A DNA stretch of 64,000 nucleotides, from NCBI GenBank assembly GCA_030704615.1, contig CM060733.1, positions 32,116,001-32,180,000 on the forward strand. The letters run 5' to 3'. The stretch's first letter is position 1. Each line of letters starts with the position of its first letter. Source of the DNA: Takakia lepidozioides. Its lineage: Eukaryota; Plantae; Bryophyta. Position numbers and translations under genes: made by a program. The notes under the pieces are model-generated. The model ran no database searches, was not told the origin of the DNA, and was given only the letters and a program-made list of their open reading frames with translations. Positions 39,201-52,400 of the stretch are shown piece after piece.

Positions 39201-42200
39201 TCTTCACTCATGTCAATCTTCTGTGCTTGATGCTGAATATCGCATAAGAAAGTGTTTTGGTGCTACATCCTTCGACACTGTTCAAAGTGTTAGTGTGATT
39301 CTACTTCTAACTTGCAGGCTGGCACACATTGAATGGTAGTATCCAATCTCTGGATGTTGACTTCCAGTAGGCACCCTTTTGACCAAGGAGAAGGTCTTGA
39401 AGTGAAGTTAGAGACTCTAGTGGGTACCATGTGCTTATGCCATCGCTGTACACACTGCATGCTTGTGACTCTTTGATGCAGTGGAGCAACTGGATTCCTT
39501 CAAGTTTGGTAGATGGAAGATAGGCAAAGAGCCACTGGCAGAAGGATATGCTGCCTCATGGCTGCTCATGTGTCGAGTTGTTGTTACGCGCCAGTACAAA
39601 ACCTATTGGCGGAACACTTCATACAGGTCAAGCCCTTCTCACAATCTTCTACTATGTGATCTTCCCCCAATTCATATCTTACATCACATCCAACAAGTAG
39701 AATATATTTGACACAGTAATAGTTATTACGATTTGTACCCTTGTGGATAGGAGTCGGACTGACCTTCTGATTCACGTCTGTGAAAGGTTCCGTTTGGCAG
39801 ACACCAGGGTATGGTTCAGAAACTCCAAGCCTTCTGCTCCTGAGTCCTACACCTCAGACATGGAGTCGTGGTGGTTTGCTTCTTGGTGGATGTGGTGTGT
39901 TTCAAATCCGTCACTGAACTTGTTGGCACATTGGGGGTGCAGTTTTGGTCGAATGATTCTGGTCATCATTCTTGGTTTGATCCAAGGGAGCACTTTTTGG
40001 CAGGTGTATATTTTTTCTCTTTGTTATGTAATAAAAGGGAAGAGGAATCTACCATATACATTTTCACTCTTCTGACCCATTAGCCACAATTACTGAACTA
40101 GACAATTCATTAACTTCAGACTGCCTACCAAAGTCGATGAAAGGGTTCTACTCGACTTGTAGCATGAATTTTCCTAAGCTCATTGCCTAGTAGTCAAGTG
40201 AACTGTAAATCATGACGTGATGTAGGCAACCCGCCACAGGCCAACAGTAAAGGTTTAGAAATCCAGGTTCATTGCTTCACTCCTGCCATCTACAACCCCA
40301 TGTTAATGCCCTGTGTGCCTTTATGACAGATAAAGTACAACAATACTCCAGGATTGGTGTCACGAACGGGCCTAGTCTACATATCAGTGGTGATGGTGGC
40401 TATATCAAATGCAAATAACGTCATTCCACAGGTGCCAGCAGTCCTTTAGGATTCAATGCATTTGATTAGTACTAGAACATTTCTGCCCAAGTTGTCTTTT
40501 CACCAGCTGGTGGGACCAGCGTTTGCTGAGTTAGTCCTCATAACAGTGCTATTTTGATTAGCCACTGCCATATTGCTGTCTTGGCCCAGCTGCCAACAAA
40601 ATTTGAGTTCTGCTGGGGTCTCGATGGGCCTTATTCTGTCTGGAATCAGGCACATGATTGTCTCCCCCTGTGGTTTTTCTAGATGGTCCGAGGGTCTGTG
40701 CCACTTTCTTTAGAAGTAGAAATAAATATTATTTTGTGCAGGTCAACGCAGAGCGTGTGGTCTACTATCGTGAACGTGCATCCAACATGTATTCTGTGTT
40801 TTTGTACAACCTCGCCTGGACCCTGGCTGAGGTAATATAACTCTTGAAGAGACGACTGTCTTGATGTAACTAACAAAGTCGCTACTAATTTCAGGTGTGT
40901 CTTGCAACATTTCTTGATAGATGCATTCCTGAGTTTCACCACTAGAAAACAAACTGGAAAGCTTTTTCCTTTCTCTCTTGCGATGATAGAATCTTGAGGC
41001 CAAATTACCTTTCAGCATCCTTATCTCCTTCCCTCCTGAGGGCATTGGGGCGGTTCAGGGTGGGTTCCCACAACCTACGGATAGAGACTGGCAGATGGGA
41101 AACCTGCAACGGGGAGACTGCCTATGTCCAGCTTGCATAGGGCGCAGCCAGGAAATTGAAACTGAAGAACACTTCTTCTTCTACTGCCCTCTATACTACG
41201 AGATCCGTGGGAGATTCCACTGTTTATTCAGTGGAACCCAATCTCTCACTGAAGTCTTCCACTATGAGGATCAAAAATGATTGGCAGCCTACCTGCATGA
41301 GGCCTTCACCCTTAGACAATCACTAGAACATTAGTTCTTATTCTTGGGTTCTGATTTTGTTTCCTCTCTCATGTTTTCTTCCATTTTGTCCCATAAGCTC
41401 TATGAGCTTTCCGCGGACGTTATAAAGCACCATTTCATTTCATTTCATTTCTCTTCTATTGCCCTCTATACTACGAGATCTGCGGGAGATTCCACTGTCT
41501 ATTCCGCGGAACTCACATTGAGGACAACTTTGAATATTTAGCTGTTACTGCGAGAGGATTGGATATTTTGTACGAGAGAATAGTCCAGGGGGGAGAAAGG
41601 TAGTCTCTGTGCTGATTCAAGTTGGTGCAAACACCCCTTTACAAAGGTAGGATATATTGACAAAAAGTGTGGATGGAAGCGTACATATATACATACACAA
41701 AACTCAAAGAACTAGTGAGGGAATGTGAGGGAACAAGACAGAATTTTATGATGACCCAAAAGAAATGAAATGAAATGAAGTGGTACTTTATAACATCCGC
41801 GGAAAGCTCAAAGAGCTTATGGGACAAAATGGAAAAAAAAACATGGAAGAAAGACTACGACGTCCACAGGGACAAAGTAGGACACCAAGAAACAACTTCA
41901 GAAAAAACCTCAACGACTCCCGAAGACAGTCTTCATGCAGATCGACTGCCAGGCACTTTTGCTGCTCAAAGCTAGAGAATTAAAATTATCACGTGTTTGT
42001 GCAATGACAGATCCCATATCTGTGCGTTTCAACTCTTATCTTCTGTTCCATATGCTTCAGTATGGCTGGAGTGGCCACGAGTTCGGCCAAAGCATTTTTC
42101 CAGTTTTGGTTTGTTTTCTTAGAGTACGCTGCAACGATCACATTCTTTGGCATCTTCTTGGCGATGTTGACTCCTAATGCACAGGTGAGTGTTCCTTGAG

Positions 42201-43900
42201 CTTAGCATGTTTTTATGGAAAACAAAGAAAATCCATGGTCAAGCTTAATCCCACTCTATAGCTACCAGAATTTGCGAATTGACAAGGGGATCTTGGAGAA
42301 AGTGCTAAGGGTGGGTTACAGCATTGATTATATGGCCTTAACAGAGCAATCCGTTGCCTTGAGAGATTGCAAAGTCAGATGTCCGAGACCTGGATTACTC
42401 TTGAAGGCCTCCACCTTGGGGAACTGTGCATTTGTAGTTTTGAGCTGCTTGTTGGGAACCCACGTTCGTTTTTTTTATCCTTCGTTCTTTTCTCCCATCG
42501 GCTCTCCGAGCTTTCTATGCAAGTTACACAGTTTCTTTTATTCTTTCTTTCGTTCTTTAATTTTCTAAGCACAGATGAATATTGGATGTACACCCGATTG
42601 GAGTACTAGGTTTCAGAAAATGGAAAGTCACATGCCAGATGTACATGTGTAGTTTAATGAAGGTAACTTCCCATCTGGGGCACATTGCAAAAATATTTGC
42701 ATGTGTGACACTGCATGCCTGATTAATAGTATTGATACACATCTCATCTGTAACATCGCGAGTCCATTGAGCATGGTAGTTTTGGGATCCTTGGCAGGTC
42801 GCAACAATTATCATTCCCATTGTTGTCAACTTCTGGTTAGTACTATCTGCAGCCCTTGAATGTCATGCTCTATTATGTGCTTGGTGAAAAGTTGTATTAT
42901 TCTTTTGGTAATCAGTACATTTGGAAGAAAAGTGTTATGGGTTACTTGCCAGTTTATAACTGTGTGCACCCTGGGCTCCTCCTTATGGGCACGTTTGTAT
43001 TGCACACTCGGAAAGTCCAAAGGATGGGGGGGGCGGGGTAATAGAGGTTTGAGTTGCACCCACGCATTGTTGTATTTAGGCATGGTCATAAGTGCTCCCA
43101 AACTTGTGTCAAAATGATCATGATCATGTGTGAAATGCAATCCAAAGGATGGAAGAGAGACTTTGTAATGAGGTACAGAAATGAGCTAACAGTTATGCAC
43201 TTGAAGTTTCGCAACTAGCCTTGTGAACTTGACATACCTGGCCTCTCATTAGGCCCTTTTTAGGCCATATTTCGTGCAAATTAGTCATTTATTCAGATCC
43301 TTGGTGTTCTACTTGTTACATGGGCCCTGGGGGCACTCTGTGGACGCAATGAAGGTCCTTTCTTTTTTAAGTACCATTTCAATTCTGTCTTGAGGAACAT
43401 GTGAGAGATCTCAATCATACCTGCAGAAGTTTGGCAGCAACCTTCGTTCGAACAACGCCAATTAGAAGACTTCTCATGCAAGATCAATCTGTGACTCTAC
43501 CACTAGATTGTAATACTCTCCTCCTCTTGTTGGTGTGAACAGGAACATGACCTCAGGGTTTATGATCGCAAAGTCGAAAATCCCACAGTTTTGGATATGG
43601 CTATATTGGGTCAACCCCACCCAATATACCATCAACACCCTCGTCTCCATGGCGTTCTACTGTGACACTCACAACCCTCCCTGTAACACATGCACCATGG
43701 ACCCTAGTAGCTGCCCTGGCTGCACGTGTCCACGGGTCCAAGATGAAGGTAACTTATTGGCTTGGACTATTATCAGTACAAGTATGTCCTTGGACTATAA
43801 TGACCGTTTCCAAAATATGGGCTTGTTGTTTGGCTTCATTGTCTTCTTTATGATAGCTGGTGCAGTAGCTCTCAGATTCATGAAGTATGATAAGAGGTGA
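27256..43900 (+). CDS. Full-size ABCG/PDR (pleiotropic drug resistance) transporter, about 30 exons, with an inserted PDZ-like domain
   Basis: NBD1 shows Walker A GPPGCGKS, signature VSGGE and [13 protein letters not shown]1 exons lie at about 32.9-35.9 kb. NBD2 shows [30 protein letters not shown] and CTIHQPS. TMD2 shows YYRER and WLYWVNP, with the stop at 43898-43900. Exon phases are compatible where checked. Confidence 0.93.
33720..33958 (+). mobile_element. Tandem 3' tails of LINE family B ending in (CATTT)n
   Basis: Contains repeated TTCCGC.GACGTTAT.AAG.ACCATTTC units and the CCCATAAGCTC...AGCTTT stem-loop. Confidence 0.8.
41050..41515 (+). mobile_element. 3' fragment of a second LINE family (B): zinc-knuckle remnant, 3' UTR and (CATTT)4 tail, then a short duplicate of its own coding end
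   Basis: Encodes [22 protein letters not shown] at 41095-41280. The tail is at 41430-41450. Sequence 41451-41515 repeats about 41175-41240. Confidence 0.8.
41762..41845 (-). mobile_element. Short LINE family B 3' tail
   Basis: (GAAAT)3..CCGCGGAAAGCTCAAAGAGCTTATGGGACAAAATGG. Confidence 0.8.
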
Positions 43901-45004
43901 GGATGGTTTGAATGCTCCTCTAGCTCCAGTCTGTGTGACAGCCCTTCAGCTCTTCATGGTACTCATCGGCGTTACATTAGATCTTGTCTTTGTCGAACAC
44001 CTAGGCTGGTCCGCTGCAGGCTGTCTGTCTTCCCTGGTATGTTTTTCTTTTCTTTTATTCCCTGGTATGTCCCCCCCCCTCTCTTCCCTGGTATGTTTCT
44101 AGTTTCTACTTACAAAAAAAAAATCTATTTCTGTAATGAATTTTACCATAATAGATTCTGCACATTGTGGCTGTGAATTTAGGGATTTTATCAATCTCTT
44201 CAATTTCATTAATGTTCCAAAAAATTATGATGGAGTCTTCCAACTGGCCAATCCAACATATGCAAGTCTGTCTCCAAACGTTTGTTTAGCTTTCATTCCT
44301 TGTCCACTGAAATCTCATCCTATTGATCTGTTTAGACATGCCCGCCAATGATAACGTTACTTTAGTTGTAGTTCTGTTTTGTAAAGTGTTTGAAAGTGTC
44401 CTCTGTTGGATAAAAGTATCATAAGACTTTTTTGAATATGTTGCTTGGAGTTCTAGACAACATGCACCCCAATCCTTTCAAAAATAAAATAGCCAACCCC
44501 AGCTAAACGTGTAGAGTGTAGAGGCTGTAGAGTGTAGTGGCGCCTGCACGATTGGATGATTAGTCTCGATTCAAAATGCACGAGATCATCCAAATTTTTC
44601 TTATTTGTTGAATAAATAGTAAACACAATTGCCCAGTTTCCAGAAGGGGTTTTAATTTAAGGTCGGAAATGTGTCCTCGGCAGTAGGATTTCAGGTGGGA
44701 ATATAAGGGGGTTTAATTAATGGTCGTACAGGGCAGAATTGGCGGAATGATCCCTACATGGATCGTTCCAGAGTACAGTTATTCAGTGTCGGTGGGGGTA
44801 TGTTGAATGTGTTGAATGATGCGGTGCTATATATTAAGTTCTGAGCATCAACTCAGTTAGCTTACTCTGTTGAATAAATGTGGTGCTAGTAACTTTCCAC
44901 TACCTCAGAAGGATTCTGGATGGAAGTGGTAGTTGTAATTGAAATGTTTTTTGGTGCTATACTGGATGAAATTGTCTTCCTTGATGGAAATGCAGTGCCG
45001 CAAT

Positions 45005-46000
45005 CTTCTTTCTTTTTTCTTTTTTTTTAATCAAAAGGGGAGGGAGGCCCTGCTACTCAAATTAAAGAAGCGAGGAAAAAATAACCTCGACAGGGCCATA
45101 AGGCATTACAATCGTGCGGAGCCTCCCAGAGCAGCCACAATGGGCAGCCCAGAAACACAACTGGTTCGCCAATTAAACAGCCTAGCAAAGAATGAGAGTC
45201 CAAAATGTCCAAGGCCTAAACATGCAGAGTACCGCGAGCATCTACACCTAACAGACCAAGCGCTGCTAAACCCAGCCAAGCACTATTTCTTCCTAGGTAG
45301 GGGCTCAAAATTACGGTCACTGAGCCTTCATTTTAGAATTCTTATTCTTGCGGTGCTTCCAATTAATGTCCTCGTCCCCCCTCGAGAGGGAAGGGCCAGG
45401 AAGGAGGCAAGTCAGCAACAATGGGAGAATGGAGGTTTGAAGATGCATGGATCCCCTGTCCTCCGGCAGTTGATGTCCCTTGAAAGCCCACGAGAAATCG
45501 AAAATGTGAAGAAGCTGGGGTCCTATGAACATCTGCATAGAGCTGAACCCAGAACACCCCTAGCCTTTCTACCTTCTATTAACAAATCAAAGAAAATTTT
45601 ACGCAGAATAAACGAAACAGAAGGGTTATAAGCTGCATCATACCAGTTAGCACACCTACATTCAGACTTCCGTGAAAGCTACGATTTACAGACAAAACAT
45701 TGATGATGAATGTAAAGTTGCCAACATTTTTGGAAGTTTAGATGAGCAATACTAAGGGCCATTTCAGACTACAGCCTGCAAGAAACCTCCGGACCAATAC
45801 GAAGCAAATTGGTTGAGTCCGTAGATGCATATTAAAATATTAATATCCTAGGGACCAAAAGTTGGTGAGGCCTTACACCAAGATAGCTGGATTTGCTTCT
45901 CAAGCCCAAGAAACCTAAAATGAGATGTATCACCTTCCACCAACTTCATCCTTACCACTCTACCTTCAAGAAGGATTCTAGCAATGATCATATTTAAAAG
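45005..46000 (-). mobile_element. Probable degraded poly(A)-tailed retroelement (L1-like) 3' end
   Basis: The T-rich tract at 45005-45028 next to AATCAAAAGGGG reads as CCCCTTTTGATT(A)n on the minus strand. The upstream sequence has no intact ORF, and the family is not established. Confidence 0.35.
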
Positions 46001-46429
46001 AATATTTTATTGTTCCATAGGTCGAGGGTTCAAACATCGGGAGACCGCTAAACTTAACCGCATCGGTTACTTTCTTGGTCCCTAGACCAACAATCTCCCA
46101 CCATAATCAGACATCGCTACCTAGGCACGCCATATCATCCCTATTTATCATCCCTATTTTTTTGCTCTAGGTCTGTAGATAATGTAAAACCAGTCAATAC
46201 TATAGGATCACTATATTCTGAGTTGATCGAGGGTCTTTAGTTCACAGTGCCACAAAATCAAAAGTTACTTATGGATGAATAATGCAGCGCCGCATTTCCC
46301 CTGAAAAACTCATCAATACAACTTATCTATTTGTGAAACTTTGTCATGTGTCAAGTTATTTTACCATTAGTGTGAAACTAGCTAGGAAATAGCTAGCTTT
46401 TACATATTGACATTTGGGATTGGCCCAAG

Positions 46430-48133
46430 TGTCAATCCAGGGGTCAAGGCAGATTTAGGCCCTGGAGTGGTTATCTTCACGGCAAGCGCGGAAGGCTCAT
46501 CTTTCTCGAGTTGAGCCTCACCGCGCCTAGCTATGGCGCCGTAGTGTGGATTCCCCATGGCGTGGGGTGCACTTGGCTTGACTTGTATTTGAGTGATGAG
46601 GTTATATATTCATGAGTTTTCGATCTTCAGCTTTGTGAGCTCGCATGAGCTTGTGTTTGTATTCTTCTTCTTTATCACTCGAGAAAGATGAGCTCGTATC
46701 TGTGAGTGCCAAATACGAGTTAGTTGTAGCACTTGTGGTTTTTGCTTGAGAATGAGAGAAACCAAGTTGTTATGCAAGGAGCACCGTGGAGCTCTTGGTT
46801 GTTAGAAGCGGAGGCGATGTGGGTTACGAGGTGGTAGACCTTGGCATTCGATCTTCAGCTTCAGAGATGAAAGCACCATGCTGCAGGTAATTCCAGAGCA
46901 CCTTGATGGTTTCAGATTGTGTACATGCATGAGCAAGCACGATTGGGAAGAGGACCAGTCAAGAGCAGGTTATGGGCTTTGGTGGCAAAGCTGAGAACTG
47001 GACTTGGGAATGCGAGCTTTCATTGTGTGAAGGATTGCAAGACCAAGCGAAAGGGCTGATTTGGCTTGGGGCAAATCAGTGCACTTTGTGGAGTATGGTG
47101 AGATTGGGTTTCAATCTCGAGCTTCAGCATTGAGAGGGCTCTTGTCATGGCAAGAGCAGGGCTGGAACAAGAGCTAAGAGGTGCGGCAAGGCCATGGAAT
47201 GTGCACCTAGGGTTTCAGAGCTTGGAAGAAGAGCTCTTGCACCACAAGAGAAGTGTCTTGTGGCTGGAAATGTAAGCCTTAGGGTTTCAGGAGCTTGGCA
47301 AAGGCTGTGGAGTGCTTAGTCTTGTCTTAGAGAGCATCAAGGAGCCAAGGAGCCAAGATAGGGGGCTGATATCTCCTTGTGTGAAGAGGTTGCATGTGTG
47401 GAGCATGTATTCAGCTCATTGAAGCTTCCATCTTCAAGCTTGGAAGACAAGCAAGGAAGTGGGAAGGGCTGACTTCCCTTATGCGAGGGCAATGCATGTG
47501 TGGAGCATGCTATCGGCCTGATGAAGGCTTGCACTTTCAGGTTTGTGGGTGTAAGAAATGAAGCAAAGGAGCTGATTCTCTTATGGTGAGAGTGGGGCAT
47601 GTGTGGAGCATGCCTTCAGCCCATTGAGGCTCTTGTTTTCAAGCTTTAGAGAGCTAGAACGGAAGGTCTAGGGCTGGTTTCCACTTGGAGTGAAAGAAAA
47701 GCACTTGTAGGGCCTATGTGAGTTGGGGTTTCAACTTCAAGCTTGAAGGGAGCGCAACTCTTGAAGCAGCAGGTGTAGGTGGCTGGAATAGGCTCTAAGA
47801 CAGATGTTATGGCCAAGGAGAGTGCTTGAATGAGTGCTCACAAGGGCTGGGAACCAGCAGGGCTTGGTTGTTTGCCATTGAGTTCAGTGGCGTATTTGGG
47901 GAGGCTAAGTGAGAAAGAAGGCTTGGTTTGTGGCAACCACCTCATGGCTTAGGGCTACTATGGTGGTGTGTGGGAGCCGAAAGAGCAAGAATACCTTGTT
48001 GATTTCCTCACAGCCGCTATAGCTCGGTGGAAAGAAGCCTAGAGTCCAAGAGACATAAACCCTAGCTTGGCGTGGCTAAACCCCTTGGAGAAATGGCTAA
48101 ACTGCTAGAGCGGCCATGGATGGGGCTGTGACG
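46430..48133. mobile_element. Possible solo LTR or LTR-retrotransposon fragment
   Basis: Begins TGTCA and ends GGGGCTGTGAC(G). It is about 1.7 kb, G-rich on one strand and lacks long ORFs. Internal repeats include GCATGTGTGGAGCATG three times at about 100 bp spacing. No TSD was found. Confidence 0.4.
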
Positions 48134-48309
48134 GGCTGTGAAGTGGGACACCGCCTAGGGATGGGGGAGAAGAGTATTACACACCCGTCAAGTAGCAAGA
48201 TCCCATAATCATTTGGGTTTGGGTGGCACTCAGTACACTTAATCAACTGAGGCACCTGTTGGTACAACAATTACTAGCAAGTTAGGATAGTATTTCTCGT
48301 AATTTGTGC

Positions 48310-48755
48310 CCGGGTCCAAGTTTTTCTTGAAAAATAAATATTCGAAAGGAAAAAGAAAAAAGACTGCGTATGATATATATAGCTACCTATCCTTCTTTTT
48401 CTTTTTCTTTTTCTTTTTTTCCTTCTTTGACTCACAACCAGGTCCAAGTTTTTCTTGGAAAATAGATATCCACAAAGAAAAAAGGAAAAAGAGAAATAAG
48501 AAAGCGTATGATATATATAGCTATCCATTTTTATCTTTTATTCTTTAAAGGGAACAGTGGCACTTTAGAAAATTTATTACTCAAATAAAAAATAAATATC
48601 TAAAAAAGAAGAAGAAAAGAAAGCGTATGATTATTATATATAGCTATCCTTTAAATTTTCTTTTTTTTAAACAGGGGACAGTGGCCCTGATTCGAACTTT
48701 TAAAAAAAAGGAGCACAGCTGTAATCCTTCTTTGACTCAAAACCGGGTCCAAGGT
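48310..48755. repeat. AT-rich tandem repeat, about 3 units of 125-140 bp
   Basis: GCGTATGAT(T)ATATATAGCTA..C occurs at about 48366, 48504 and 48623. GGTCCAAG occurs at about 48312, 48441 and 48746. Confidence 0.75.
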
Positions 48756-49473
48756 TCGGTTTTCCAAAAATGTTTTTTGCTTTAAAATTTTAATTGCGTT
48801 TAAAGTAAATTAACAATAAACAAATATAACGACTATTCTTATTTGGTGAGTCGAACAGACACATGTCACGTTATGCTTGTCCCAAAGTACCTTGGGGATG
48901 GATGCAAAAGGCTGGGACGGATGAGGTGGATGGAAGACGCGGGATGGATGGGGGGGCCGCCAGCAGACGACATGCAGCGGAGGGAGAGGCGGGCAAGAGG
49001 AACACGTTGGTGGGCGCTGCGTGCTTTCCTCTTCGCTGCTTCTGCGATCTCTGACCAGCTTTTCGGTTTGGGGGTGGGCCAGCCTTTGAATGGCCTCAGT
49101 TTAATCGTGACGCTTTGACTTGAAAGCAATCAGCTTTTCTGTTGTCCTAGTCTGGCGGGCGCTTCGTCTCAGGTCTTTGTCTATTTCGAGTGTAGACCTT
49201 GTCTCTCACCAGCTTCCTTTGAGCCGGGGATAAATCTGTCGATCTACAGCATTGTCTTGGCTTTCCGACAGGCAGACTCCCGGCTCTCTCACTCTGTCTC
49301 TCTCTCTCAACAGTCCCGCGGCTCGCTCCTACAACCTGGGTCTTTCTCTCTGAGCTGAGGGGACAACCGGACTCTTTCTCTCTCCTTCCCTTGTCCCATT
49401 AGCTCTTTGAGCTTCGCGTGGACGTTTTAAGGGTTTTTTACTCCTCTCTTTCTCGTTTCTTTAGAGAGGCAGG

Positions 49474-52400
49474 ATGGGGCCTGACCACAGTCCACAAAGG
49501 AAGCTCAGACTGCTGGGGCTTCACGGCTTTCGGACAAGTGGGGCTATTCTGAAGCAGCAGCTCTCGAAGTGGAGCCCTTCTCTGCACGACCTTATCGACG
49601 TGGTGCATACCTGTGCCTTCTTTGGATACACCTATAATAACACTGAAACAGGATTAGCATCAAGTTTCATTTTCTTCACTGGAGATGCAGTTGATATCGC
49701 TTTTCCCATAGTTGTTGGCAATCGTGTCTGAATGGAAGAAGAGCATAGTTGTAAGGAATATATCGGAAGAAAGGGGAACAATGAAGAAAATCCTTGGTCA
49801 GCAATCAGTAGGCGAGATTAATGCCTCCGAGGACATATAAGGGCCTGCAGCGAGGCTTCTCTAGCAGCTGCCAGATTCAAAAGCTCAGCTGTAAATAGTG
49901 CTCCAACGGTATTAATGTTGTTGAGTTGGGTGTAGGCCTAGTTTCCTGGTTGCAAATTTGTGATTGAAGGATTAGATGCCACGAAGTCTTAGGGTGTATT
50001 TGTGTGCAGACGGCGATCGATGCTCCACTTCCTTGTATTGGGAAGTCGGAAGTGGAGGGCATCTTTGACGGGCCTTACTATGAATGGTTCAGGTTCAACA
50101 AGGTCTCTCTATCTCTCCTTGTACATGTTTTTTCTCTTGTTTTCTCTCTGTCTCTCTTACGAGCGCCATTTGCTCAAGACAATATTCAAAGTTTGCATTG
50201 ACGTGTTCTTCATGGCAAGCTCTTTGCTAGCGATAGTCACAGCCATTGCATATTTTCACACCACTTGAGAAAGCTCTACAACCATCCACATGCGGGTCGA
50301 AGTTCCCACTGGAGGTTGTTTAGAAGGTCTGAAAATTGGTAGTAAGCCATGTACATGTTCTGATTTCCTTATCAATGATGGCATATGAATGTAGCTGAAG
50401 CCAGGGTTATGCAGGGTGGGTGAGACAGTTCCCCGAACCCCAACTGTGGGCTAGTGTAAAATCAATCTGGACTGGATCCGTGTGAGTGCATTATTTTTTA
50501 CACTGAGAATATTTTGCAAGCAGGAATTCACAGAATTTCAAGGTGTCGAGGAGACTATCTCTTTCATATCTGACTACATGAAGATGCATGGGCCCTTTGA
50601 TGGCCTTGTTGGTTTCTCTCAGGTAATCACTCCTTCCATCTTTTCTACCTTCTTTACAAAGTCCCTTTGCCATATATTAGATGGCAGGGACTTACCCATG
50701 AGTGTTATGCATTTACCTTTACATGGACGTTGTAACCTTGCAGCCATAGGTCCCAACAGTTGGGAGTCCTCAATGTTGGTTGACAATCTAACTTCAAAAT
50801 ATTTTGAGATGGATGCCCTGCCTGGCAGACTGGTGGTGACTGTTTTATGGGTTGTTGCCAAAAGCTTTGGCAGGTGGTCTTGTAGTTGGCAAGAATGAGG
50901 TGGATAATGAACTTTATCATGAGAGAGTGTACTGATAAGACATTGTTTGCAGTAGCCTTGTGGCCATAGATGCGCACACATTGTGTGTGAGAGAGAGAAG
51001 GAGAGAGAAGAAGGTAGAATGTGCTAGTTGAAAGGAGAAATACAGGTCTAGAGAGGGATCAAGCAGATCTCACTTGTTCCTTCTCTTCAACCACTAGATC
51101 TATCAAGTAGGAGATTACCACAATTAGCCAATGAGGAGGACTTGAAGGGAACCCACACCAGAATACACCCAACCTCTGCCAAAGATGAAACACTTGCAGT
51201 GCCCCACCATTGCCACGAGCTGTTTTGTCTCTATGCAACGTTTGCTGTTTTTTGAATCAAAATTTCATGTCTGGGGGTCCTTGGCCCCCTGTTTTGGGAA
51301 TATCATGCTTCTCACAGTTGCTTGTGTGAAACAAAGTAGATTCACTGTGCTGCAAGTAGGCCACAGATTTGGCTCATTGACTAACCTGCTTTGAGGCATA
51401 CTATGTGGGGAGATACTTACCTGATTTCACTCACAAAATGGGCAGGAGTTAAGTTTGAGAGAGCGTAAGAAATTTGGGAGCTGAAGAATATTAGCACAAA
51501 GTGTCTTTATACAACATACATAAATGTACATTGTTGATGTGTAGCTGTAGAAAAGGATGCAGGAGATAATCAGGTCTATCAGATAATATTTCACTTCTCT
51601 TTATTACCCTTGACTCTGATGAACTCAATCGCCCTGGTCCTAGAGGGGTGCAATGGCCTACCCATGTCAAGTTAAACTCTGTTCCAAGGTCGTCGTGTTA
51701 CTGACAATACGGGTTGTCTATTGATGTGTAGGGGGCAGTCCTGTCCGCAGCTCTTGCAGGCCTTCAAGAGAAGGTATGTTTCTCAATGAGATAAGTTTGT
51801 GTAGGGGCCTCTCCGTATTTGTCATGTCCTCAAATACCTTCATTTGGAATGTCCAAGGGAATCAAGCAGCTGAGTTACCCATATCGCTCTTGATTTTGAT
51901 GTTACCCCAAAACATGGCATGGGTCTAAGACAGTCTGATACTGTTGCAGGGTATGGCCCTCCAAGATGTGCCACGTATCCGTTTCGTCCTTCTGATTAGT
52001 CCAGCGCAGCTCCGTCAGGACACCTACAAAACGATTTATGAGGAGCCTGCAATCGAATGCCCCTCCGTTTTCTTTCTAGGTACATATTCTGAGCCCTCCC
52101 TGGAAGCCCATGTTCTATGAAGTATTGTCTAGCTGGAGGTTGCCCGTAATCCTCATAGTGTACAGGTGCATATTGTGTTTGGGATCCACAAAAGAGGGAC
52201 CTGTTGAGTTGTGATGGACAATGCTGCCTGATTGCTTAGAGAGCGAATATGGTGCAAATAATGTGCTTCTGATGGGTTTATCAGGGGAGAAGGACTGGCT
52301 GAGACCAGCCGGTGAAGTTGTGCTTCCTTCATTTCAAAGTCCGCTCATCATTCGGCACCCATATGGCCACACCGTTCCCAGATTAGGTGCGCATGCTATA

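Noticed and set aside
44939-45631. 230-aa ORF as a gene
   Set aside because: It has a TTG start, runs through a T tract and has no motifs. It is probably the antisense of a retroelement 3' end.
47205-47295. TAGGGTTT telomere-like motifs
   Set aside because: These are isolated copies within internal repeats, not a tandem array.
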